Program-made: the position numbers and the translations under genes | Part shown: positions 39,195 to 50,776 of the stretch, in pieces | Layout of the letters: every line of letters starts with the position of its first letter | How positions within the stretch are numbered: position 1 is the stretch's first letter | DNA from: Eledone cirrhosa | Lineage: Eukaryota | Direction of reading: 5' to 3' | Assembly: GCA_964016885.1 (NCBI GenBank) | Contig: OZ024752.1 | Coordinates: 48,980,001 to 49,044,000, forward strand | Length of the DNA: 64,000 nt | The notes under the pieces: model-generated | The model's database searches: none | Seen by the model: the letters and a program-made list of their open reading frames with translations, nothing else | Told to the model about the DNA's origin: nothing

Positions 39195-42060
39195 CTAAAC
39201 TCTGTCAGTTGCAGACTGCACATCAACATGAGATATTTTTTTCCACAATGTTTGATCACCAGCAGCAGAGTTTAAAGAACAAAGATCAAGTCCAGTCCAT
39301 AAGTTGACATTATTAAGCCATAGTTTTGGCTGCCAAGCTCTGCTTCTCTTACCAGCCAACCTTCCTTCCAGGAATATATAATACCTTTCGATCACCAACA
39401 ACAGAGTTTAAAGAGCAAAGATCAAGTCCAGTCCATAGGTTGACATTATCAAGCCATCGTTTTGGCTGCCGGCTTCTACTTCTCTTACCAGCCAACCTTC
39501 CTTCCAGGCATATATAATACCTTTTGATCACCAGCAGCAGAGTTTAAAGAGCAAAGATCAAGTCCAGTCCATAAGTTGACATTATCAAGCCATCGTTTTG
39601 GCTGCCGGCTTCTACTTCTCTTACCAGCCAACCTTCCTTCCAGGCATATATAATACCTTTTGATCACCAGCAGCAGAGTTTAAAGAGCAAAGATCAAGTC
39701 CAGTCCATAAGTTGACATTATCAAGCCATCGTTTTGGCTGCCGGCTTCTACTTCTCTTACCAGCCAACCTTCCTTCCAGGCATATATAATACCTTTTGAT
39801 CACCAGCAGCAGAGTTTAAAGAGCAAAGATCAAGTCCAGTCCATAAGTTGACATTATCAAGCCATCGTTTTGGCTGCCGGCTTCTACTTCTCTTACCAGC
39901 CAACCTTCCTTCCAGGCATATATAATACCTTTTGATCACCAGCAGCAGAGTTTAAAGAGCAAAGATCAAGTCCAGTCCATAAGTTGACATTATCAAGCCA
40001 TCGTTTTGGCTGCCGGCTTCTACTTCTCTTACCAGCCAACCTTCCTTCCAGGCATATATAATACCTTTTGATCACCAGCAGCAGAGTTTAAAGAGCAAAG
40101 ATCAAGTCCAGTCCATAAGTTGACATTATCAAGCCATCGTTTTGGCTGCCGGCTTCTACTTCTCTTACCAGCCAACCTTCCTTCCAGGCATATATAATAC
40201 CTTTTGATCACCAGCAGCAGAGTTTAAAGAGCAAAGATCAAGTCCAGTCCATAAGTTGACATTATCAAGCCATCGTTTTGGCTGCCGGCTTCTACTTCTC
40301 TTACCAGCCAACCTTCCTTCCAGGCATATATAATACCTTTTGATCACCAGCAGCAGAGTTTAAAGAGCAAAGATCAAGTCCAGTCCATAAGTTGACATTA
40401 TCAAGCCATCGTTTTGGCTGCCGGCTTCTACTTCTCTTACCAGCCAACCTTCCTTCCAGGCATATATAATACCTTTTGATCACCAGCAGCAGAGTTTAAA
40501 GAGCAAAGATCAAGTCCAGTCCATAAGTTGACATTATCAAGCCATCGTTTTGGCTGCCGGCTTCTACTTCTCTTACCAGCCAACCTTCCTTCCAGGCATA
40601 TATAATACCTTTTGATCACCAGCAGCAGAGTTTAAAGAACAAAGATCAAGTCCAGTCCATAAGTTGACATTATTAAGCCATAGTTTTGGCTGCCACTGCT
40701 TCTCTTACCAGCCAACCTTCCTTCCAGGCATATATAATACCTTTCGATCACCAGCAGCAGAGTTTAAAGAGCAAAGATCAAGTCCAGTCCATAAGTTGAC
40801 ATTATCAAGCCATCGTTTTGGCTGCCGGCTTCTACTTCTCTTACCAGCCAACCTTCCTTCCAGGCATATATAATACCTTTTGATCACCAGCAGCAGAGTT
40901 TAAAGAACAAAGATCAAGTCCAGTCCATAAGTTGACATTATTAAGCCATAGTTTTGGCTGCCACTGCTTCTCTTACCAGCCAACCTTCCTTCCAGGCATA
41001 TATAATACCTTTTGATCACCAGCAGCAGAGTTTAAAGAGCAAAGATCAAGTCCAGTCCATAAGTTGACATTATCAAGCCATCGTTTTGGCTGCCGGCTTC
41101 TACTTCTCTTACCAGCCAACCTTCCTTCCAGGCATATATAATACCTTTTGATCACCAGCAGCAGAGTTTAAAGAGCAAAGATCAAGTCCAGTCCATAAGT
41201 TGACATTATCAAGCCATCGTTTTGGCTGCCGGCTTCTACTTCTCTTACCAGCCAACCTTCCTTCCAGGCATATATAATACCTTTTGATCACCAACAACAG
41301 AGTTTAAAGAGCAAAGATCAAGTCCAGTCCATAAGTTGACATTATCAAGCCATCGTTTTGGCTGCCGGCTTCTACTTCTCTTACCAGCCAACCTTCCTTC
41401 CAGGCATATATAATACCTTTCGATCACCAGCAGCAGAGTTTAAAGAGCAAAGATCAAGTCCAGTCCATAAGTTGACATTATTAAGCCATAGTTTTGGCTG
41501 CCGGCTTCTACTTCTCTTACCAGCCAACCTTCCTTCCAGGCATATATAATACCTTTTGATCACCAGCAGCAGAGTTTAAAGAGCAAAGATCAAGTCCAGT
41601 CCATAGGTTGACATTATTAAGCCATAGTTTTGGCTGCCAAGCTCTGCTTCTCTTACCAGCCAACCTTCCTTCCAGGCATATATAATACCTTTTGATCACC
41701 AGCAGCAGAGTTTAAAGAGCAAAGATCAAGTCCAGTCCATAGGTTGACATTATCAAGCCATCGTTTTGGCTGCCGGCCTCTGCTTCTCTTACCAGCCAAC
41801 CTTCCTTCCAGGCATATATAATACCTTTCGATCACCAACAGCAGAGTTTAAAGAGCAAAGATCAAGTCAAGTCCAGTCCATAAGTTGACATGGTCAAGCC
41901 ATTGTTTTGGCTGCCGGCTTCTACTTCTCTTACCAGCCAACCTTCCTTCCAGGCATATATAATACCTTTCGATCACCAGCAGCAGAGTTTAAAGAGCAAA
42001 GATCAAGTCCAGTCCATAGGTTGACATGGTCAAGCCATCGTTTTGGCTGCCGACCTCTGC
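39195..42060 (-). repeat. 136-bp tandem array (~20-21 copies) derived from an RTE ORF C-terminus
   Basis: ORF track repeats every 136 nt. Unit encodes CLEGRLAGKRSRSRQPKRWLDNVNLWTGLDLCSLNSAAGD, and the last copy runs on to QTLWKKISHVDVQSATDRV*. Confidence 0.92.
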
Positions 42061-42186
42061 CGACTTCAAAGGAGACCAGCTGAGTGCATGGATGGTATCC
42101 AACCATCTTACTCGGTGTCTACCCCAGGGTCTCTTGCTGGTTAGTTTTCCCCTTAAAATCTGCCCAGCGATTCTTTCCTGAGACAT
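42061..42186 (-). mobile_element. Fragment of a different RTE family
   Basis: Reads MSQERIAGQILRGKLTSKRPWGRHRVRWLDTIHALSWSPL. Confidence 0.7.
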
Positions 42187-42491
42187 TTAAACCACAGGCA
42201 CACGTAATTTACAATGTACCACAAAATATGAATTGAGGTCTTGTAGTTCTAGAAGATAAGTCACATTCTGGTTTTACATATATTTTTCTTTGACAATTTT
42301 TCTATGGCTCGATGCCCTCCTTTTCAACAAGCACGTTACACACACACACACACAAGTCTGAATGAAGGGCCAGTTTAAACATGCCTCCTCCATTATACAG
42401 AGGTGGCTAAGACTGGACCCCAAAACCATTGGTAGCACATATATGTAAAGTGTATCAAACTTTGTTTACATTATATATAAACCTCCCAGAC

Positions 42492-42663
42492 CCACACTGT
42501 AAATGTGGTTGGTGTTAGGAAGGGCATCCAACTGTAGAAAACCTGCCAGACAGTCCTATGCGAGCAAGACAATCACTCTTGCCTCAAGTGGGACTACCCC
42601 CGTCCAAACCCATGCAAGCGTGGAACACGGACGTTAAACGTTGATGATGATGATGATGATGAT
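42492..42663 (+). mobile_element. SINE/RTE-type 3' portion (family C)
   Basis: CACTGTAAATGTGGTTGGTGTTAGGAAGGGCATCC...AACCCATGCAAGCGTGGAACACGGACGTTAAACG, then (TGA)n. Confidence 0.8.
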
Positions 42664-43526
42664 ATATATATAGGTATGGTGAACTAACTGTTGTGTTAGT
42701 ACTTCTACAAAACTTGTCCCATGGGCTGAGTCCTCTACTACTACGGATATTCCCCTCCAGTGTTCTACTATTATATATATGTATATATATTGAAATAGTA
42801 ATGAAAAAAAAAAAGAACCCGAAATATCTACTCCTACACATTCAATGTCAGGAAAAAGCAAGATTATATAAAATAATCAAAAAAATAGTTATATTGCCAC
42901 GATTGAAGCAACCCATGCAAAGGTATAGGAAACAAAAATAAACAGAGTAATGATATAATAAATAACTGCTAGCATTGGCTGATGAACTAATCAGGATAAG
43001 AGTAAGGGAATCTGCCACATAACAACAACAACAAAAACTACACACACACACCCCCCCCAAAGAAAAAAAATCCAACAAATGAGATAAATAAATAAAAAAA
43101 AATAACAGAATGCATAAAAAAAAAACTATATTTATTGCTTTTTAAAAATGGCAGTAAGAAACATATCAGGGCCTTAAATAGAACAGATATTGGTTATTAA
43201 AATAGGGGAGGGGTGGGGAAGAAGAGGAAGGAGAAGAAAGACAAAAACTAAAAACTCCTACAGCCACAACAGCTACATCTACAGATTAGCTCTTAAGAGA
43301 TCTGAAGAATGAGCTCAGAATTGAAAACTAAATATTCACTGAACATACACATCATTTTTTTGAAAAAATATATATATAATATAAAATAGAAGAAAAGTGA
43401 AAGTGAAAATACAAAGTGGGCGGGGCAGAGTTGTGTATGGAGCTGGGAAGGAATGGCATGATATGATGATACGTAAATACATATAAGTAAATAGATTTAA
43501 TCTATCAACAGAAGATATGTATGTAT

Positions 43527-43568
<42 letters not shown>

Positions 43569-43641
43569 CACCGTTTTACGTCCGTTCTTCCATGCTAACC
43601 CATGCTAGCGTGGAAGAATGGACATAAAACGGTGATGATGG

Positions 43642-43729
<88 letters not shown>

Positions 43730-43773
43730 TGCATACACAGACATCATATAGATGTATAAATGTATAAATATAT

Positions 43774-43802
<29 letters not shown>

Positions 43803-43806
<4 letters not shown>

Positions 43807-43992
43807 ACGAAGGAGTTGTGGTAGGGAACCAGATGGACCATAACGCTCCAGAGTACTCAATACTTAGGGTAGTAGGGTGTGTAACAGGAAAATGTAGGAC
43901 CCCGACGGCAGAGCTCAAGCTCTTTCAACGGCTAGTCCAGAAATAGCCATCAAAACGGCTTGAGCTCTGCCATCGGGATCCTACATTTTCCT
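43803..43992 (+). mobile_element. Dispersed repeat in (TA)n with terminal inverted duplication (possibly Penelope-like)
   Basis: 43803-43916 matches the reverse complement of 55077-55192. 35-bp arms at 43886-43920 and 43958-43992. Confidence 0.55.
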
Positions 43993-43993
43993 A

Positions 43994-44031
<38 letters not shown>

Positions 44032-44622
44032 TGTATGTGTGAGTGTGTGTGTGTGTTGTGTATATGTATGTATGTATTTATAGACATACATCACATAGAT
44101 GTACAAATGTATATATGTGAGTGTGTGTGTATATATATATCTACCTATATTTGTACACACACACACACACACAGGGTTTTGCTCTCCGTAAATGGGACAT
44201 TCAATACTCTTTTTCTTGACAGAAATATCATCAAAGAAAACAAAAATAGGGCAGAGCCTGAATGGTGCATGCTTTTCCATTTAGCAGTGATACAACCTTC
44301 ACAAATACAGAATTACAGAGACAGTAACCCTCTCTAATGATTAGTAAATCAATAAAAAACTATATATTCTTTCACTATCTTCATTTAAATATATGCACAG
44401 ACATGCTTGCATGTGAGGCATATATAGATATGCTTGCCAAGCCATTAATATACAGGCACACACATATATACACACACATGTATGTATATATATATGCATG
44501 TATATAAATAAATATATATATACATATATAATTACATATTTATGTATGTGTATATATATATATAATTACATATTTATGTATGTATATATATACATATATA
44601 TATATATAATTACATATTTATG

Positions 44623-44664
<42 letters not shown>

Positions 44665-44682
44665 TATAATTACATATTTATG

Positions 44683-44747
<65 letters not shown>

Positions 44748-44847
44748 AATGATGTGCTCATGCATGGAGATGTTATAAAATAGTGTGAAGACACTTTAAA
44801 GATAGAAAAAGAAGTTGCCACTGGTGTGTGTATATATATATAGATAT

Positions 44848-44878
<31 letters not shown>

Positions 44879-45218
44879 TATATGCACACATATATATGTA
44901 TTCATATTCATTCACATATATCTATATTCATCTGTGTATGTATGTAAAAAAGGTCCAGTTATATATACAGCTTATATATACATCATATATATAGATGACT
45001 GTGTATGTGTATAATATATAAATATATAGATATTAGCAGAAGATAGAATAGTTATGGGATATATATGAAAGAATCTTAAAAGGGAGATGAAGAAGGTGGA
45101 ACGGCAATATTTTTTATATACAAAGAAAATATGTAACATCAAAACAAAACTGGATTAAAGGAGAGAAAGCTGATAATAAGTGATTATATATAGATATCAT
45201 TAGAGATTATATATGTGT

Positions 45219-45443
45219 GTGACAGCTCACACCTCTGCAGGTATATCTCGTTGGAGGTGTCTTGGGTGATTTAATGATAGGGACCCCAGTCCCTATCATC
45301 TCATTTCTACAGCTGAGTAAACTGGAGCAATGTAAAATAAAGTGTCTTGCTCAAGGAAACAACACATCACCCGGTCCGAGAATTGAACTCACAACCTTTC
45401 GATTGCAAGCCCAATGCTCTAACCACTAAGCCATGCGTCTTCA
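45219..45443 (-). mobile_element. SINE family B, tail type 1
   Basis: Matches 16803-17048. Confidence 0.85.
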
Positions 45444-45462
45444 CCTTATATATATAGATATA

Positions 45463-45640
45463 TATAATTGTTTCTACTTTTGGCACAAGGCCAGCAATAA
45501 CCCAGTACATTACTGGTACTTTATTTTATCGACCCCGTAAGGATGAAAGGCAAAGTTAATCTTGACGGGATTTGAACTAAGACAGTAATGGGGCGTAACT
45601 ATGCTGGGAAGCATGGCGTCTGACACTCTACCGATACTTC
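45463..45640 (-). mobile_element. SINE family A
   Basis: Reverse complement of the family A sequence. Confidence 0.85.
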
Positions 45641-45815
45641 CATCATCATCATCATCATCATCGTTTAAAGTCGATCTTCCACGCTAGCATGGGTTAGACG
45701 GTTTTGTTCCATTATGCAGGAATGGTTGGGAGACCATGTCTTGCTCATACAGAAGTGTCTCTGGCAGGTTTTTTTTTACAGCTGGATGCCCTTCCTAACA
45801 CCAACCACATTTACA
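45641..45815 (-). mobile_element. SINE/RTE-type 3' portion (family C)
   Basis: (CAT)n-CGTTTAAAGTC...GCTGGATGCCCTTCCTAACACCAACCACATTTACA. Confidence 0.8.
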
Positions 45816-45854
45816 TATATACATATATGTATGTGTATGTTTATATATATTTAT

Positions 45855-46015
45855 ATGGGCGGAGGTGGTGAGAACAGACCTCAGATCATTGAAGCTCACG
45901 GTGGAGATGACGAGGGACCGTGACGAGTGGAGAGATGCTGTGCTGAATAAGACCCGTCCCACCCTTGCAAGCAGGGAAAAGCGGACGTAAAATGATGATG
46001 ATGATGATGATGATG
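45855..46015 (+). mobile_element. RTE-1 3' end (short copy)
   Basis: Near identical to 46338-46480. Confidence 0.9.
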
Positions 46016-46047
46016 TATGTACATAAAAATATATATATATATATAGA

Positions 46048-46508
46048 GGAGCGCGATGTTGCATGGTAGTGAGACATGGGCAGCAACTGCAGAGGATATG
46101 CGACGGCTGGAGAGAAACGAGGCAAGCATGCTCCGTTGGATGTGCAGTGTAAATGTGCATGAACGACCCAGCATAAATGTGTTGAGAGAGAAACTGTGTC
46201 TGAGAGGGATAGAATGTATGGGAGAGGAGACTGAGGTGGTATGGACATGTGATGCGCATGGAGGATGACCGATGGGTGAAGAAGTGCCAGGAATTGCCAG
46301 TTGAAGGAAGACGTGGTAGAGGTAGACCAGGAAAAACATGGGCGGAGGTGGTGAGAACAGACCTCAGATCATTGAAGCTCACGGTGGAGATGACGAAGGA
46401 CCGTGACGAGTGGAGAGATGCTGTGCTGAATAAGACCCGTCCCACCCTTGCAAGCAGGGAAAAGCGGACGTAAAATGATAATGACGATGATGATGATGAT
46501 GATGATGA
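46048..46508 (+). mobile_element. RTE-1 LINE 3' end, 5'-truncated, one frameshift
   Basis: Reads MLHGSETWAATAEDMRRLERNEASMLRWMC.../RLRWYGHVMRMEDDRWVKKCQELPVEGRRGRGRPGKTWAEVVRTDL...TRPTLASREKRT*. Confidence 0.92.
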
Positions 46509-47142
46509 TTTATATATATATATATATGTATGTATATATATATATAAAGGTTTTCCAATTGTGGAAAATGAAGATATGTATTCAGTTGACATAAGATGTC
46601 AACTGAAGTGATTTCCTCTAATGATTTAATAAAGATGTGAACGAAGAGGAGAAAATTACATCTTAAACTGGCAAAGGAATGTATTTTATGTGAAGCTACT
46701 TCAATAAAAAGTATACTTAAGGTGTATATAATCACACTTAACAATGATACATGTATATATAACATACATATATATATATATATAACATACACATATATAA
46801 CATACATGTATATATAACATACATATACATATATATATAACATACACATATATAACATACATGTATATATAACATATATATATATATATAACATACCATA
46901 TATAACATACATATATATATAACATACATATATATAACACATGTATGTAACATATATATATATATATATAACATACATATATATAATATATGTATGTAAT
47001 ATATATATATATAACATACACACACACATATATATATATATTATATATATATATGTGTGTGTTTTTAATTGTGTGAAGTGAATAAGGGGAAAAGTGTGTA
47101 AACTCTACTACACGTTTTAGGTGATATATCTGTGTGTGTGTG

Positions 47143-47190
<48 letters not shown>

Positions 47191-47700
47191 TATGATATAC
47201 ATATCTGATTATATCTATATACATATATATTTGAAGAAAACAAATCACATAAGTGCATGGCATATTGTATTTCTCTTCATAAAATACATACCCATTATAT
47301 ATGTACACACAAACATACAAACACACACACACACACACACACTTACACCCCTCACCCCAACACATCCGCATACTCGCACACAAGCACACTCACATAAACT
47401 CCCACACAAACCCCTACACCCCAACATAACCACACACACACATACATCAGACAGTAATTTCTAAGTTGAAAGAGTAATTGTCAGTTATTCCATGGAACTT
47501 CTCTTATATTTACCATTTCATTTACTTCAAATTTATGCCATTTATCTTCTCTTTTAGAGAGGATTTTTATCATTTCTGCTATAATTCATAATTCATAAAT
47601 GCCGTCATCTTTCATGTACCATTTAAGATGTGTATATATATATATATATTTAAATATATGTATGTGGCTGTGTCTTATATGTAAGTAAATATGTGTGTGT

Positions 47701-47764
<64 letters not shown>

Positions 47765-48120
47765 TTTATATATATTTATATATATATACATACTACACCA
47801 TACACACAAATACACGCAGCTATTTATATATACATACATACATACACACGTACATTCATACATATATACATACATTCATATCTGTAATTATATGGATGTG
47901 GTTGATATGCTTCAGAAGGCATTCACATCTGACTGGTTGCATGTGTGTGTATGAAAGCACATATGTGTTGTCTGTATATACATGTGATATATGTATTTAT
48001 GTGTTGTCGGTATATACATGTGATATATGTATTTATGCAATGTCTGTATATGAAGCCTGTCTATAAAGTATCTGACCTTAGACTTTGAAAAAAGAAAAAA
48101 TAATTTTGCGGTTCAATTGC

Positions 48121-49584
48121 TAACCCCCTTCCAAATATGCTCCTTGTCCTTGCCCACACTTATCCCAGGGATTCTTCCACTGTTTGAAGCACATCTGGAA
48201 ATCTTCTTCTGGAATGGCTCTCAGTTTTGCTGTTTTATTCAGTAACCCCCTTCCAAAGATGCTCCTTGTCCTTGCCCACACTTATCCCAGGGATTCTTCC
48301 ACTGTTTGAAGCACATCTGGAAATCTTCTTCTGGAATGGCTCTCAGTTTTGCTGTTTTATTCAGTAACCCCCTTCCAAATATGCTCCTTGTCCTTGCCCA
48401 CACTTATCCCAGGGATTCTTCCACTGTTTGAAGCACATCTGGAAATCTTCTTCTGGAATGGCTCTCAGTTTTGCTGTTTTATTCAGTAACCCCCTTCCAA
48501 AGATGCTCCTTGTCCTTGCCCACACTTATCCCAGGGATTCTTCCACTGTTTGAAGCACATCTGGAAATCTTCTTCTGGAATGGCTCTCAGTTTTGCTGTT
48601 TTATTCAGTAACCCCCTTCCAAATATGCTCCTTGTCCTTGCCCACACTTATCCCAGGGATTCTTCCACTGTTTGAAGCACATCTGGAAATCTTCTTCTGG
48701 AATGGCTCTCAGTTTTGCTGTTTTATTCAGTAACCCCCTTCCAAAGATGCTCCTTGTCCTTGCCCACACTTATCCCAGGGATTCTTCCACTGTTTGAAGC
48801 ACATCTGGAAATCTTCTTCTGGAATGGCTCTCAGTTTTGCTGTTTTATTCAGTAACCCCCTTCCAAATATGCTCCTTGTCCTTGCCCACACTTATCCCAG
48901 GGATTCTTCCACTGTTTGAAGCACATCTGGAAATCTTCTTCTGGAATGGCTCTCAGTTTTGCTGTTTTATTCAGTAACCCCCTTCCAAAGATGCTCCTTG
49001 TCCTTGCCCACACTTATCCCAGGGATTCTTCCACTGTTTGAAGCACATCTGGAAATCTTCTTCTGGAATGGCTCTCAGTTTTGCTGTTTTATTCAGTAAC
49101 CCCCTTCCAAATATGCTCCTTGTCCTTGCCCACACTTATCCCAGGGATTCTTCCACTGTTTGAAGCACATCTGGAAATCTTCTTCTGGAATGGCTCTCAG
49201 TTTTGCTGTTTTATTCAGTAACCCCCTTCCAAATATGCTCCTTGTCCTTGCCCACACTTATCCCAGGGATTCTTCCACTGTTTGAAGCACATATGGAAAT
49301 CTTCTTCTGGAATGGCTCTCAGTTTTGCTGTTTTATTCAGTAACCCCCTTCCAAATATGCTCCTTGTCCTTGCCCACACTTATCCCAGGGATTCTTCCAC
49401 TGTTTGAAGCACATATGGAAATCTTCTTCTGGAATGGCTCTCAGTTTTGCTGTTTTATTCAGTAACCCCCTTCCAAATATGCTCCTTGTCCTTGCCCACA
49501 CTTATCCCAGGGATTCTTCCACTGTTTGAAGCACATCTGGAAATCTTCTTCTGGAATGGCTCTCAGTTTTGCTGTTTCATTCAG
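48121..49584. repeat. 122-bp tandem array, 12 copies (mariner C-terminus)
   Basis: Unit starts at 48121, 48243, 48365 ... 49463. Confidence 0.95.
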
Positions 49585-49709
49585 CATGATATCCTCTCGA
49601 CTCTAAAAGTGTGAGCCTTTCAGGGGTATCTTTATTTTTGGAAACAACCAGAAGTCAGAAAAAAGACATTTCTAGTGAACAAAGGATTGCCTTTCTTTGC
49701 CAAGAAATA

Positions 49710-49885
49710 TCATCATCATCATCATCGTTTAATGTCTATATTCCAAGCTAGCATGGGTTGGACGGGAATTGTCCCGCTCGAGTCAAGATTGGTCGGGGTG
49801 ACCGTGTCTCGCTCGTAGAGGACTATCTGGCAGGTTTTCTACGGCTGGATGCCCTTCCTAACACCAACCACATTTACAGTGAAAC
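49710..49885 (-). mobile_element. Family C SINE 3' portion inserted in the mariner
   Basis: Separates HHDNAPAHLLQII from FLAKKG. (TGA)n tail. Confidence 0.8.
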
Positions 49886-49932
49886 CACCTTAAATTATTT
49901 GCAGCAAATGAGCTGGGGCATTGTCATGATGC

Positions 49933-50776
49933 AGTTGCTTGAATTGCAAGCCTCGCAGATCTTATCTCTTCTGCCAAGTTGCTTGAATTGCAAGCCTCGC
50001 AGATCTTGTCTCTTCTGCCAAGTTGCTTGAATTGCAAGCCTCGCAGATCTTGTCTCTTCTGCCAAGTTGCTTGAATTGCAAGCCTCGCAGATCTTGTCTC
50101 TTCTGCCAAGTTGCTTGAATTGCAAGCCTCGCAGATCTTGTCTCTTCTGCCAAGTTGCTTGAATTGCAAGCCTCGCAGATCTTGTCTCTTCTGCCAAGTT
50201 GCTTGAATTGCAAGCCTCGCAGATCTTGTCTCTTCTGCCAAGTTGCTTGAATTGCAAGCCTCGCAGATCTTGTCTCTTCTGCCAAGTTGCTTGAATTGCA
50301 AGCCTCGCAGATCTTGTCTCTTCTGCCAAGTTGCTTGAATTGCAAGCCTCGCAGATCTTGTCTCTTCTGCCAAGTTGCTTGAATTGCTAGCCTCGCAGAT
50401 CTTGTCTCTTCTGCCAAGTTGCTTGAATTGCAAGCCTCGCAGATCTTGTCTCTTCTGCCAAGTTGCTTGAATTGCAAGCCTCGCAGATCTTGTCTCTTCT
50501 GCTAAGTTGCTTGAATTGCAAGCCTCGCAGATCTTGTCTCTTCTGCCAAGTTGCTTGCATTGCAAGCCTCGCAGATCTTGTCTCTTCTGCCAAGTTGCTT
50601 GAATTGCAAGCCTCGCAGATCTTGTCTCTTCTGCCAAGTTGCTTGAATTGCAAGCCTCGCAGATCTTGTCTCTTCTGCCAAGTTGCTTGAATTGCAAGCC
50701 TCGCAGATCTTGTCTCTTCTGCCAAGTTGCTTGCATTGCAAGCCTCGCAGATCTTGTCTCTTCTGCCAAGTTGCTT
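49933..50776. repeat. 44-bp tandem array, 19 copies plus 8 bp (mariner segment preceding HHDNAPAH)
   Basis: Unit AGTTGCTTGAATTGCAAGCCTCGCAGATCTTGTCTCTTCTGCCA. Starts at 49933, 49977 ... 50769. Confidence 0.95.

Noticed and set aside
39349-41838. Tandem family of 60-aa small genes
   Set aside because: These are frameshifting read-throughs of a 136-bp RTE-derived unit, mostly without ATG starts.
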